DNA of 64,000 nt from Candidatus Poribacteria bacterium (GCA_965208325.1 OZ242326.1:2016001-2080000); one strand, 5' to 3'. Positions 29,983 to 39,973 are shown, counted from the stretch's first letter. The notes: generated by a model not told the origin, from the sequence alone. Made by a program: numbers and translations.

Positions 29983-31089
29983 ATGAACCCGCCTTCAACG
30001 CAAAAACGATTCTCCCACCCGCCAAAAAACGACCTCCTGCTTCGTGCTGCGCGCCGTCTTTCGGTTGAACGGGTGCCTGTCTGGATGATGCGGCAGGCCG
30101 GACGTTCGGATCCGGCTTACAGGGCACTACGCAAACGCCTACAACTCCCATTGGAGCAGTTGTTTCGGGATGTCGATCGAGCGATTGAAATTTCGCTCAT
30201 GCCGCAACGTATTGGGGTTGATGCAATCATCATGTATCAGGATATTCTTACGCCGCTCACCCCGATGGGGGCGCACTTCCAATTCGCTCCGGGCCCCGTG
30301 TTGACGACACCGATTCGATCGCGAGCACAAGTCGAGGCGTTGCGACCGGTGCAGCCGCCGTCAGAATTGAAATTTGTAGGGGAAATCTTGAACGGGTTGC
30401 GTCAGAGTTTAGCTGGCGAATTACCGGTAGTCGGTTTTGCCGGCGCCCCGTTGACGCTGGCATTTTTTATGATTGCCGGCAAAAGCCCCATGAATGCGGG
30501 AAATGGAGTCTCTAATGCGGCGAGCCTTGTGTTTCAGTTTATGCGTGAGGAACCGCGTATTTTCCATAATTTGTTGGAACGCCTGACACGGCTGACGATT
30601 GATTATCTCAACTACCAGATTGCAGAAGGGGCGCATGCAGTGCAACTCTTTGAATCCATCGCGGATATCATTGATCGTGTGTGCTATGAAACCTTTGTTC
30701 AGCCTTATCACGAACAGATATTCGCCGAGTTAAATTCTAATTCAATAACTATTCTGTTTGCGAAGGAATGTCCTCATTTAGATCTCATGCTAAAAGCCGG
30801 TGCGGACGTATTGAGCGTCGGCACATGCGTAAATCTCGCAAAAGCGCAAGCGCAAGCTGCGGGGGAAGCCGCGTTTCAAGGAAACGTGGATAATAAAACC
30901 TTACGAGACGGTACCGCCGATGACATTTCGGCTGCTGTCAACCAATGCTTGAAAGAAGGCGGAAAAATTGGGCATATCCTGAACCTCAGCCACGGACTTT
31001 ACCGCGATACTCCATTTGAAAATGTGAAACATTTTGTGAAGGCCGCCAAAGTGTATGATTGGGACAATGAAACCGCCAAAAGAACATAG
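29983..31089 (+). CDS. hemE: Uroporphyrinogen decarboxylase
   Basis: PVWMMRQAGR, DAII.Y.DIL, GFAGAP.TL, QGNVD and HILNL.HG motifs. Confidence 0.95.
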   Translation: MNPPSTQKRFSHPPKNDLLLRAARRLSVERVPVWMMRQAGRSDPAYRALRKRLQLPLEQLFRDVDRAIEISLMPQRIGVDAIIMYQDILTPLTPMGAHFQFAPGPVLTTPIRSRAQVEALRPVQPPSELKFVGEILNGLRQSLAGELPVVGFAGAPLTLAFFMIAGKSPMNAGNGVSNAASLVFQFMREEPRIFHNLLERLTRLTIDYLNYQIAEGAHAVQLFESIADIIDRVCYETFVQPYHEQIFAELNSNSITILFAKECPHLDLMLKAGADVLSVGTCVNLAKAQAQAAGEAAFQGNVDNKTLRDGTADDISAAVNQCLKEGGKIGHILNLSHGLYRDTPFENVKHFVKAAKVYDWDNETAKRT

Positions 31090-31107
31090 TCATTTTGAGG
31101 CGAGCAC

Positions 31108-32565
31108 ATGATTTCACCGCGAGAAAACCCCTTTGCGCCAAGAGTTTATGGGAGCCTCGAAAAGGTCACTGACCGAGTTTATCTCTTTCGAAATATTGTC
31201 AATTCATCAATTGTTATCGGTGACAACGGGGCCGCTGTGATTGATACGCAAGTTAATCAGCCGATGGCTCGCCGCTTGCTTCAGGCGGTTCGTACTGTGA
31301 CCGACAAGCCGATTGTTTGCACGATTAACACGCATTACCACTGGGACCACACCAATGGGAATATCGTCTTCCACAACGAGGGGGCAACGATTCTCTCACG
31401 GGCGATGACAAAAGAATTCATCGTCAACCGTGCCCCCCGGCAAAAAGCGTTTCTTCAATCGCGCGGGTTTGAATTGGGCGACGATCCCTATCTGCCCGAT
31501 GAGACCTTCTCAATGGAAACGGAAATCGATCTTGGCGGTCAGCCACTCCATCTCATTCACCTCGGCAAAGCAGAAACCGATGATGCCACAGCGGTTCGAA
31601 TCCCTAGGGAAGGCTGTATCGTTTCCGGCGATACGATCATGACGGGCAGCTTTCCCATTTTTGGCCAGCCGGTGATGAATGAGGGGCTCACGGCAAATCA
31701 CGATTGGATTGATACGATTCGGGAGTTGAGATACTATGGGCCGAAACATGTGCTGCCGGGTCATGGTCCCCTTGCCCATGACGAGGAGATTGATTTATTG
31801 ATTCAGATTGAGGCTTATTTCCTCAAGGAGGTCGAGGAGCGAGTTGAGCGCGGCATGAAGTTGCCTGAACTCATAGCAGATTTGGAAAGGGCATTGCCCG
31901 GCTGGATTACGCAAATCGCTGAAGTCTGGGGAACACCCCGTTATGCCATCCTGCGGGTGTATCGCGGATTGATTGACGACTCAGAGCCGGGTTGGCAACA
32001 CCTGAAACCGTCGGCAATTCCCTCGACCGATAAAACTGCAGTTGAAGCAAGAACTGCTGGGTTGGAGAATTACGAAGGTTACCGCCAAACTTCTGAAGAG
32101 GCGGAGGAAGGCGGCGACATCGGATTGGCGGTTGAGATGCTGCGTGAGTCTACACAGCAGTTTCCCGACAATCCCGCTGCATGGGTGGAACTAGCCGAAC
32201 TGTTATATCGGAGCTCCCGAAGTATATCGAGTATCTTAGAAAAAGGAGATTTTTTCACGGAGGCGAAAACCGCCATAAGAAAAGCGTTGGACTTAGACCC
32301 GACCTATGCCCCGGCATTGCTCTTGATTGGGCAGTCACTCATAACAACTGCTCATCGTAACGGTGATGATCCAACGCCTGGATTGCGGTATATCCGCCGA
32401 GCGTTGGATTTGAATCTCACAAATACGCAACGCGCTCAAGCCAACTTTTGTATTGGACTTGCGCACCGCACCAATGGTGATGAGACGCAAGCGAAAGCCT
32501 TTTTTGCCAAAGCCGTTGCGGCTGATGCGAAGTTTATGCCTGCTCAGTTGGCGAATATCGCTTGA
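31108..32565 (+). CDS. Metallo-beta-lactamase-fold hydrolase with C-terminal TPRs
   Basis: THYHWDHTNGN, SGD and PGHG motifs; TPR-like helices in the last ~150 aa. Confidence 0.85.
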   Translation: MISPRENPFAPRVYGSLEKVTDRVYLFRNIVNSSIVIGDNGAAVIDTQVNQPMARRLLQAVRTVTDKPIVCTINTHYHWDHTNGNIVFHNEGATILSRAMTKEFIVNRAPRQKAFLQSRGFELGDDPYLPDETFSMETEIDLGGQPLHLIHLGKAETDDATAVRIPREGCIVSGDTIMTGSFPIFGQPVMNEGLTANHDWIDTIRELRYYGPKHVLPGHGPLAHDEEIDLLIQIEAYFLKEVEERVERGMKLPELIADLERALPGWITQIAEVWGTPRYAILRVYRGLIDDSEPGWQHLKPSAIPSTDKTAVEARTAGLENYEGYRQTSEEAEEGGDIGLAVEMLRESTQQFPDNPAAWVELAELLYRSSRSISSILEKGDFFTEAKTAIRKALDLDPTYAPALLLIGQSLITTAHRNGDDPTPGLRYIRRALDLNLTNTQRAQANFCIGLAHRTNGDETQAKAFFAKAVAADAKFMPAQLANIA

Positions 32566-32582
32566 ACCAACCACTAAACACT

Positions 32583-32985
32583 AGACATCTTTCCTATTTA
32601 ACTCAATGTGGTTGACAAAACCGAAGCGTTAAGGGCAACCACAAGGGTTGCCCCTACAGCGCATTAGCCCAATTTGAGGGTAGTCGTTTTACACCTGCCG
32701 CCCCGATGGGGCTAGATGTTGATGTGTAACAGTGATTTCTATATACCTGCCGACCCTCTGGGGCTATCGGGCGGTGGAATTATTTTGGAAAGATATCTAC
32801 TAAAAGCCTGTTTGAATAATAGGCGGAAAACCCTTTCTTGGGCGTTTGAGTCATTTTAATCTGTCGCCCCTCTGGGGCTTGGGTTGAATTGTGAATCGAA
32901 GTTTCTATACACCTGCCACCCCTCCGGGGTTTTGGTTTAATGCATTTAGTGCTTTAAAATATTAACAATCAAACAAGTTCTGACA
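32583..32985. repeat. Nested REP cluster
   Basis: agggcaaccacaagggttgcccctac (32632-32657) and four ctgccgcccctctggggct-like copies (~32691, 32744, 32861, 32910). Confidence 0.75.
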
Positions 32986-33029
32986 TCGTTAATTACACCT
33001 TAAAATTGACGTAAAGAGAAAATAACAGA

Positions 33030-33992
33030 ATGACCATTGCCAACGGATTTGATAGTATATTATTGATTGCATTTGGCGGTCCAACACCCGGATGCTGCAA
33101 AAAATATGACGGCTGCCCGGGAGAAGCGCACTGTTTCGTTGAGGGAATTGTCGGGACATCGGAGTCGCAGGCCGATCGGCTCAGAGAGGTTGCCAGCCAC
33201 TACACGGTGCTCGGCGGTTTTTCTCCTTTTAACGAGCTAACGTTCAAACAGGCTCGCGCACTTGAAACGACTCTAAAAAATGGCGGTATTGATATTCCCG
33301 TTTACACCGGGTTTCGGCACTGGACGCCGTACATCCGCGAAGTCATATCGGCGATGGGAGAGAAGAAGCATCGTAGAATTCTTGGCATCATCATGGCGCC
33401 CCACCAGTCCAAAGTTAGCTGGGATTGGTATCAGCAGACAGTTAGAGAAGCGATTGATGCGATTGATGCGCAGTTAACAATCAGTTATTTAGATCCCTGG
33501 TATACGAATCCAGGGTACATTCAAGCTATTACCAACGAAATTAAAGTTGCCTGCCAACACCTGTCGAAGGACGGCTTCGATAACGCGTCTTTGATTTTTA
33601 CGGCACATGCTGTGCCGCAATCGGTGGCGAAAACCTCGCCATACATCCAACAGTTCGCGGAAACTGCGAGGGTCGCAGCTACCCTCATTGGCAAGAAGGA
33701 CCACAATCTAGCATATCAGAGCCAAGCCGAAAATGCGAAGTTTCCTTGGACGCAGCCCGATATCAATGACCTGATTCGCGAGAAAAAACAGGCAGGCGTT
33801 AGTGGCGTTATTGTGTCTCCGATTGGGTTCTTGTGCGATCACGTCGAGGTGCTCTACGACCTAGACATAGAAGCCAGAACGACTGCCGAGGAATGTGGAA
33901 TGCGTTTTATCCGCGCCAAGACAGTCGGCGATCATCCCGAATTTATCAGCATGCTAGCGGCACTTGTACGCGAACGATGCATTAAAGTTTAA
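33030..33992 (+). CDS. hemH: Ferrochelatase (coproporphyrin ferrochelatase-like)
   Basis: FGGP, HY...GG.SP, FTAH.VP, YQS, W..PD and PIGF.CDH.EVLYDLD motifs. Confidence 0.93.
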   Translation: MTIANGFDSILLIAFGGPTPGCCKKYDGCPGEAHCFVEGIVGTSESQADRLREVASHYTVLGGFSPFNELTFKQARALETTLKNGGIDIPVYTGFRHWTPYIREVISAMGEKKHRRILGIIMAPHQSKVSWDWYQQTVREAIDAIDAQLTISYLDPWYTNPGYIQAITNEIKVACQHLSKDGFDNASLIFTAHAVPQSVAKTSPYIQQFAETARVAATLIGKKDHNLAYQSQAENAKFPWTQPDINDLIREKKQAGVSGVIVSPIGFLCDHVEVLYDLDIEARTTAEECGMRFIRAKTVGDHPEFISMLAALVRERCIKV

Positions 33993-34014
33993 CGACAATC
34001 ACGGAGGTGTTAAA

Positions 34015-35244
34015 ATGAGCGAAAGGCGCAAACCTTATGTCTTTGTAACACTTGAGGGACCGGATGACGGCGGCGATTTTGGCCCGAACACACCGGGCAC
34101 CAAAACGAGCGGCCTTCAAGAGGCGATAAACTACGCGCATGAAAACTGTAGAGATGTTTATATCTACGGCGGCCGAGGCGGCATGCATAAAGGAGAGGGC
34201 ATCAATCTCAACGTTTATACGCTTGAGGAAACGTTGAAAATTCCTTGGAGCCAGGATTTCCGATTGGATGGCGGTAATTACTTGCTATCATATCCAAAAA
34301 GCACCGGGGATGCTATACAAATCGACAGCCAAATGAACTGCAGATACAAGTTTGGCCTCATTGCCAGCGCCACCGAAGACGCGGCGGTGCGTTTTAAACC
34401 TGAAACCCCGGGACCTGATGATTTTGTTGTAATCACCGCCAGCGTATTTGATTTTTCAGCAGCATGCTCGCGCGGCACGGGTATTTTGATTGACACGTCC
34501 GAGGGACCGATTATCAATAGCAAAATTTTCGCCGAAGAAACAAACACCTTTAAAAACGGGGTCTATATACGCGACGACGGTACGGGGAAAGGGGCTTTTA
34601 GCAATAATTGGTTGCAGGTAATGTTTACGAACCAATGCCATGCTACCGAAGACGCCATTGGATTCCGCATAGGGGACCCGGGATCCAGCAAAATCGCTCA
34701 TAACCGTTTTTTTTCGTCTCTTCATGCGCCCACGGGTGTGTATTTTGATGAAGAGACAAAAAGGTTCACGACCCCGGAAGTATTTGAACCGTCACCGGGT
34801 GCGATTGGGGCGGATATTTTCGCCCAAAATAACCGCTTCGAATTTGCGTTCCATGGTAGTAGAGCGCCGGGAAATGACGTTGTGTTTGAAGAGGAGGCGA
34901 GAAACAACACGGTATCTGTTTGGAATCTGCCGCACGGCATCACAAATAAGGCTAGGATTCCGACCAATCGAATTATACAAAATGAGCCTGTCGGTTTTAA
35001 CGTTTCCACGCCTGCGATTCCAGCTTCAGGCACGTACCTCGTAAACACTTCCGCTTATCTCGTGGAGGTATTCATTCTATCGCCGGGCCAAGTTGTAGAT
35101 TGGACAATTGTAGATGGCGTTGGTAACGCGCAAACAGTGTCAGCCGGGCTATTCGCCGGTCAAACATTTCTCCTAGAGCCGGGCGACAAAGTCATGTTCA
35201 ACTATACGGCTCCCCCAACTTGGCGGTGGAGAGCGTTCAGGTAA
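34015..35244 (+). CDS. Hypothetical beta-helix-like protein, paralog of 3725-4714
   Basis: GGAGG RBS; GLQEAINYA motif; segment YTLEETLKIP...GDAI.ID..MNCRYKFG aligns with the 3725 protein. Confidence 0.6.
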   Translation: MSERRKPYVFVTLEGPDDGGDFGPNTPGTKTSGLQEAINYAHENCRDVYIYGGRGGMHKGEGINLNVYTLEETLKIPWSQDFRLDGGNYLLSYPKSTGDAIQIDSQMNCRYKFGLIASATEDAAVRFKPETPGPDDFVVITASVFDFSAACSRGTGILIDTSEGPIINSKIFAEETNTFKNGVYIRDDGTGKGAFSNNWLQVMFTNQCHATEDAIGFRIGDPGSSKIAHNRFFSSLHAPTGVYFDEETKRFTTPEVFEPSPGAIGADIFAQNNRFEFAFHGSRAPGNDVVFEEEARNNTVSVWNLPHGITNKARIPTNRIIQNEPVGFNVSTPAIPASGTYLVNTSAYLVEVFILSPGQVVDWTIVDGVGNAQTVSAGLFAGQTFLLEPGDKVMFNYTAPPTWRWRAFR

Positions 35245-35286
35245 AGGTCGAGAACGCCGGCAGTGTTACCCCGAGAGGAATGCGGC

Positions 35287-36072
35287 ATGACGAGAGTCAA
35301 GCAATCTGCGGCGGCATGGTGTTTTGTTCGAGACGGCGTTACCCCGGAGCAGTTTATCCAAGGCGCGGCCGAGATTGGCCTGTCAGCGGTTGAGATGATT
35401 GATCAAAAATACTGGCCGTTGGCGAAATCGCTCGGACTTCGGATTGCGATTATCTACCGTTCAGGGCTCCGATCGGGGCAACCGGTGCACTCAATCGGGT
35501 TAAACAGGCGTGAAAACCACGGTTGGTTAGGTCAAGAACTCATCGAATACATTGAACTCGCTGCTGAAAATGACGTTCCGGGCGTAATCTGTTTCGCCGG
35601 AAACCGGTACGACGGCATCTCCGATGAAGAAGGAATCGATATTACGGCGGAAGGATTGAGCCGGATTATCGGGGTGGCAGAGGAGAAAGCGGTGAATCTC
35701 TGCCTGGAACTGCTCAATAGCAAGATTGACTGCCCCGGATACCAGTGCGACCGTGTCGCATGGGGGGCATCGGTGTGTGAGCGCGTGAACTCGCCGCGGA
35801 TGAAACTTCTCTTTGACATCTACCACATGCAGATTATGGAGGGGGATCTCATCCGAAATATTAGGGAGAACATCCAGCATATCGGGCACTTCCACATCGC
35901 GGGCAACCCTGGGCGGCGGGATATGGACGAGACACAAGAGATTAACTGCCGGGCTGTGATACAAGCTATCGCTGAGACCGGTTACGACCTATATGTTAGC
36001 CACGAATTCATCCCCAAGGGCGATGTGATTGGAGGGTTGAGAGCGGCGTTTCACCGGTGTAGTGCGGGCTAG
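35287..36072 (+). CDS. Hydroxypyruvate isomerase / xylose isomerase-like TIM barrel
   Basis: LELLNSK.D.PGY, LLFDIYHMQIMEGD, HFH.AGNPGR and HEF.P motifs. Confidence 0.88.
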   Translation: MTRVKQSAAAWCFVRDGVTPEQFIQGAAEIGLSAVEMIDQKYWPLAKSLGLRIAIIYRSGLRSGQPVHSIGLNRRENHGWLGQELIEYIELAAENDVPGVICFAGNRYDGISDEEGIDITAEGLSRIIGVAEEKAVNLCLELLNSKIDCPGYQCDRVAWGASVCERVNSPRMKLLFDIYHMQIMEGDLIRNIRENIQHIGHFHIAGNPGRRDMDETQEINCRAVIQAIAETGYDLYVSHEFIPKGDVIGGLRAAFHRCSAG

Positions 36073-36109
36073 ATTTCAATGCGATGAGGTGTAATTGCGG
36101 AGAGATACA

Positions 36110-37555
36110 ATGGCAGTGAAGCGCGGCGACGCGCGCCGTGCTGTCGTCATCGGCGGCGGCGTCACAGGACTGGCGGCTTGTTACCGTTTGATAACTGAAT
36201 CCCGTAAGCGCGGTGTTCCACTTGATGTTAAACTGTTGGAAGCGAGTGAGCTGCTAGGAGGCGTAATTCGCACCTCAAAGGTAGACGGTTATATCATCGA
36301 ACACGGTCCTGATGCTTTTATCTCCGCAAAGCCGTGGGCGAAAGCGTTATGCGAGGAGCTTGGGATTGCGGATAGACTCATTGGAACAAACCCGAAGCAA
36401 AGACGCAGCTTTATCCTTCACAAAGGCGCGCTGCATCCCGTTCCTGAAGGCTTTTATTTGATGGCGCCAGCGTCGTTTCTACCATTTGTGAAGTCGCCGA
36501 TTTTCACTTGGCGAGGGAAGTTACGAATGGCGCTGGATCTCTGCATTCCCCGCCATCGACACGGCGAAGAGGAATCGGTGGAACATTTCGTTAAGCGCCG
36601 GTTGGGGACAGAGGCGTTCACTCGGATGGCGCAACCGATGATTGGCGGGGTCTACACAGGGGATGCAAAGCATCTTAGTCTGAAAGCGACGCTGCCGCAA
36701 TTTCTTGAAATGGAGCAAGCGCACGGAAGTATCATCAAAGCGTTGATTCGGCGGAAGAAACAATCCAAGGCGGAAATCACCGGCACGAGCGGTCCACGTT
36801 ACAGCTTGTTCCTTACGCTTGAACCAGGAATGCAGACGCTTGTTGACACCCTCGTTGAGCGCTTGCCGCCCGATTCTATACAGCTAGGGGCGGAGGCCAA
36901 TCGGATTGAACAGCCTGCTAACCGGGAAGGTTGGCGTGTTCACCTCAATAATCAAGAGACCATTGAAACCGATATCGTCTGTCTTGCGCTCCCCGCCACG
37001 CGAGCTGCGTCATTAATGACGACAGTTGCCCCCGATCTTTCGGCACTTCTTGCGTCCATTCCATACGCATCCTCCGCTGCAGTCAATTTGGCGTTTCATC
37101 GAAAGCAGATTGAACACCCCCTAAATGGTACAGGTTTTGTTGTTCCGGCTACGGAAGGGCGTTCGATATTGGGGTGTACATTCAGCAGCGTCAAGTTTGC
37201 AGGACGCGCCCCTACAGATGAAGTGTTATTGAGAGCATTTGTAGGAGGCGCATTACAACCGAACCAGCTTCTTCAATCTGAATCCGATTTGGTTGAATGT
37301 GTGTTAAAGGATTTGCGTGAAACCCTCGGAATTCACGGAGAACCGACGCTGTCCACCGTGAGCCATCACAGGAACGCAATGGCACAGTATCATGCGGGTC
37401 ATATGGACAAAGCGGCAACGATTAAAGCGCAAGCGGGAAGACTCCGGGGACTTGCACTTGCGGGTAACGCTTACCACGGTATCGGTATTCCCGATTGCAT
37501 TCATAGCGGAGAGCAAGCGGCGTATACTCTATTGGAATACCTTGAAACCGTGTAA
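36110..37555 (+). CDS. hemY: Coproporphyrinogen/protoporphyrinogen oxidase (HemY type)
   Basis: IGGGVTGLAA, E.GPD.F, GVY.GD...LS, SS.KF..RAP and G.GIPDCI.SG motifs. Confidence 0.93.
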   Translation: MAVKRGDARRAVVIGGGVTGLAACYRLITESRKRGVPLDVKLLEASELLGGVIRTSKVDGYIIEHGPDAFISAKPWAKALCEELGIADRLIGTNPKQRRSFILHKGALHPVPEGFYLMAPASFLPFVKSPIFTWRGKLRMALDLCIPRHRHGEEESVEHFVKRRLGTEAFTRMAQPMIGGVYTGDAKHLSLKATLPQFLEMEQAHGSIIKALIRRKKQSKAEITGTSGPRYSLFLTLEPGMQTLVDTLVERLPPDSIQLGAEANRIEQPANREGWRVHLNNQETIETDIVCLALPATRAASLMTTVAPDLSALLASIPYASSAAVNLAFHRKQIEHPLNGTGFVVPATEGRSILGCTFSSVKFAGRAPTDEVLLRAFVGGALQPNQLLQSESDLVECVLKDLRETLGIHGEPTLSTVSHHRNAMAQYHAGHMDKAATIKAQAGRLRGLALAGNAYHGIGIPDCIHSGEQAAYTLLEYLETV

Positions 37556-37605
37556 ACGCTCGCCTCACGGTGCTTGCAACGATTCAAACGTAGGCACGTT
37601 AAGTT

Positions 37606-38739
37606 TTGCAAGCTACGGGGCTGAGGAAATCGGGGGAAATGGGAGACCTGGGAAGATTTATACCGTGTTTTGCGTTTTGCCATTCGAGAATACCGCATTT
37701 CGCATTACTTGTTACATTGATTAACTTAATAATCTTGATATGTGTTTCTCCGATTTCCGTTGTGCACACGCAACAGTCGATCGAGATTGAGGAGGGGGAG
37801 AATCAAAATCTCGCCAGCACGCATTTGGGGTACGATGATATTTATGACGAGTTTAGGCGGGGCAGATGCAGGAATTGTCACCCGGCAATCTGGCGGGAGT
37901 GGGAGAAATCGCGGCATGCACAGGCATGGAAAGATCCTATTTATCAAAAAGCTGCGAGTGAAATCCCTGATCGGGAAGAGAGTTGCGATCCATGCCATGC
38001 ACCGCAGCCGATTCTGATCACCGGCATCGGAAAGATGCCGAAATTGCGGGCGACAGATCGAGACTCTGGCGTATCCTGCATGGTGTGCCATGTCGATGCG
38101 AATGGCGGGATGCACGGTCCGCCCGCAAGCATTGACGCAGTTGTACATGTGAACATTACCGACGAGTTTCATCAGACTCCTATTGAACTTTGCGGCACAT
38201 GCCACGGTCAGCCCGGCGTGCCTGAATACAATCAATTGGCTAGCTTCAAGCATAGTCCTGCCGCAAAAGCAGGAAAACACTGTGCGACCTGCCACATGCC
38301 CGCCATTAAACGGTTACAGAGCCTTCGGAGCGACGATCCGATTCTGGGCGGGCGCCACACTTGGATTGCGAGCCGCAGTGTTGACATGCTAAAAAGCGCG
38401 GTGGATCTGAAAATTACGTTCTCCGAGAATAAGGCGGTGATTCACGTCACCAACAAGTCCGGGCATGTACTCCCCGGCGGGGGGTTGCGCATCGTCGTTC
38501 TTGATGTGAAAATCTACGATAATAGCGGTTCGATTATTGGGCATGAACAGAATTCAATTTCAGCTACGTCAGGGGAAGGCGGCGATGACAACCGCATCCA
38601 GCCGGGTGTGACTCGGCAGTTCAGATATGGATTTGGTCATGGAGCAGAGATTGAGGCGAAGCTGCGTTATCGACTGCTGCCGACAACGCCGGAATCAGAA
38701 TGGATTACGATGGCGGAGGATCGCCAGACTGTGCAGTGA
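37606..38739 (+). CDS. Multiheme c-type cytochrome, five CxxCH motifs (start uncertain, probably downstream)
   Basis: CRNCH, CDPCH, CMVCH, CGTCH and CATCH; EW..S.HA motif of c554-like domains; N-terminal hydrophobic helix. Confidence 0.85.
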   Translation: MQATGLRKSGEMGDLGRFIPCFAFCHSRIPHFALLVTLINLIILICVSPISVVHTQQSIEIEEGENQNLASTHLGYDDIYDEFRRGRCRNCHPAIWREWEKSRHAQAWKDPIYQKAASEIPDREESCDPCHAPQPILITGIGKMPKLRATDRDSGVSCMVCHVDANGGMHGPPASIDAVVHVNITDEFHQTPIELCGTCHGQPGVPEYNQLASFKHSPAAKAGKHCATCHMPAIKRLQSLRSDDPILGGRHTWIASRSVDMLKSAVDLKITFSENKAVIHVTNKSGHVLPGGGLRIVVLDVKIYDNSGSIIGHEQNSISATSGEGGDDNRIQPGVTRQFRYGFGHGAEIEAKLRYRLLPTTPESEWITMAEDRQTVQ

Positions 38740-38950
38740 ATTGGCGAGCACCTTATGATAAATCTATCTTCCTTTATCCTCCAATACAGCGCAATTGAAA
38801 CGCCTATGGTCGGGAGGTTAAAGCACGATGCGCATCCGTGAATCTTGAGACTCGCTTGGGAAACAACTCTTGATTCAAGCCGATCTAACCTGCCGTTAAA
38901 GTCCATTTCAGGTTGCCGCTGTCCTGTGATAACTTGTGGAGTGAGAATCA

Positions 38951-39826
38951 ATGAATACAACCTACACATCCCCCGTAAGCAGTTTACTGACCTATGGCGA
39001 TTGTCGTGAGTCTCAGGAATGGCCGAACTATCTAGAACTCGGTTTCACCCAAGAGCACATTCCTGAATTGATTCGAATGGCTACAGACCAAGAACTGAAT
39101 TGGGGTGACTCAGACGATCTGGAAGTATGGGCGCCCGTGCATGCTTGGCGGACTCTTGGACAATTGCGAGCGGAAGAAGCGATTGAACCGTTGATGTGCT
39201 TGTTCCATGAATTAGAAGAGCTCGACTGGATGAGCGAGGAACTTCCCATAGTTTACGGCATGATTGGTGTCAACGCGATACCTGCGCTCGAAAGGTATCT
39301 ATCGGATTCTTCTAACAGCATCTATCCACGTCTTAGCGCGGCTTACGGTTTGGAACGTATCGGCATCACAATCCCGGCAGCGCGGGAAGAATGTGTTTCC
39401 ATACTGACGCATCAATTGGACCGGTTTAAAGAACAAGCTCTTGACTTCAATGCACTCTTGATAGCTCACTTGATCAATCTGAAAGGAGTGGAATCCATAT
39501 CAAACATACGAAAAGCCTTTGTAGAGGGCTATGTCGAATACGCAGTCTGTGGCGATATCGAAGATGTAGAAATCGAGTTGGGATTAAGAAGTCATCGATC
39601 CACGCCTGCAAACTACCCTACATTGGCAGACCAGTTTTTCCCTGATTTGAAAGCGGTTCTTTCGCGTCATGAGACCAAGAAGAAAAATAAAGTCGGGAGA
39701 AATGAACCATGTCCATGTGGAAGCGGTAAGAAATATAAGAAATGCTGTCTCAACAAACCAAAGGAATCGGTGGACACGCAGGAGTTTTCCCCAAAACAGA
39801 TCGAATTATCGGAATCAGAGAAATAG
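38951..39826 (+). CDS. HEAT-like/DUF1186-like protein with SEC-C zinc motif
   Basis: [12 protein letters not shown] motif; [20 protein letters not shown]. Confidence 0.85.
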   Translation: MNTTYTSPVSSLLTYGDCRESQEWPNYLELGFTQEHIPELIRMATDQELNWGDSDDLEVWAPVHAWRTLGQLRAEEAIEPLMCLFHELEELDWMSEELPIVYGMIGVNAIPALERYLSDSSNSIYPRLSAAYGLERIGITIPAAREECVSILTHQLDRFKEQALDFNALLIAHLINLKGVESISNIRKAFVEGYVEYAVCGDIEDVEIELGLRSHRSTPANYPTLADQFFPDLKAVLSRHETKKKNKVGRNEPCPCGSGKKYKKCCLNKPKESVDTQEFSPKQIELSESEK

Positions 39827-39973
39827 GAGATTCAATTGATGCTGAACCATGGAAAAAGAATTCAGGCGATGCAACGAGTTATGAAGCACACAAATGCTGG
39901 ATTAAAAGCCGCCAAAGATAATATAGACCATTTCCGGTAAAATGAAGTGTTCATGGATTTTTTGTACAGGGTT

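Noticed and set aside
39824..39826. Pyrrolysine recoding of the amber codon
   Set aside because: No pyl genes or tRNA-Pyl in the window, and many genes here end normally in TAG.
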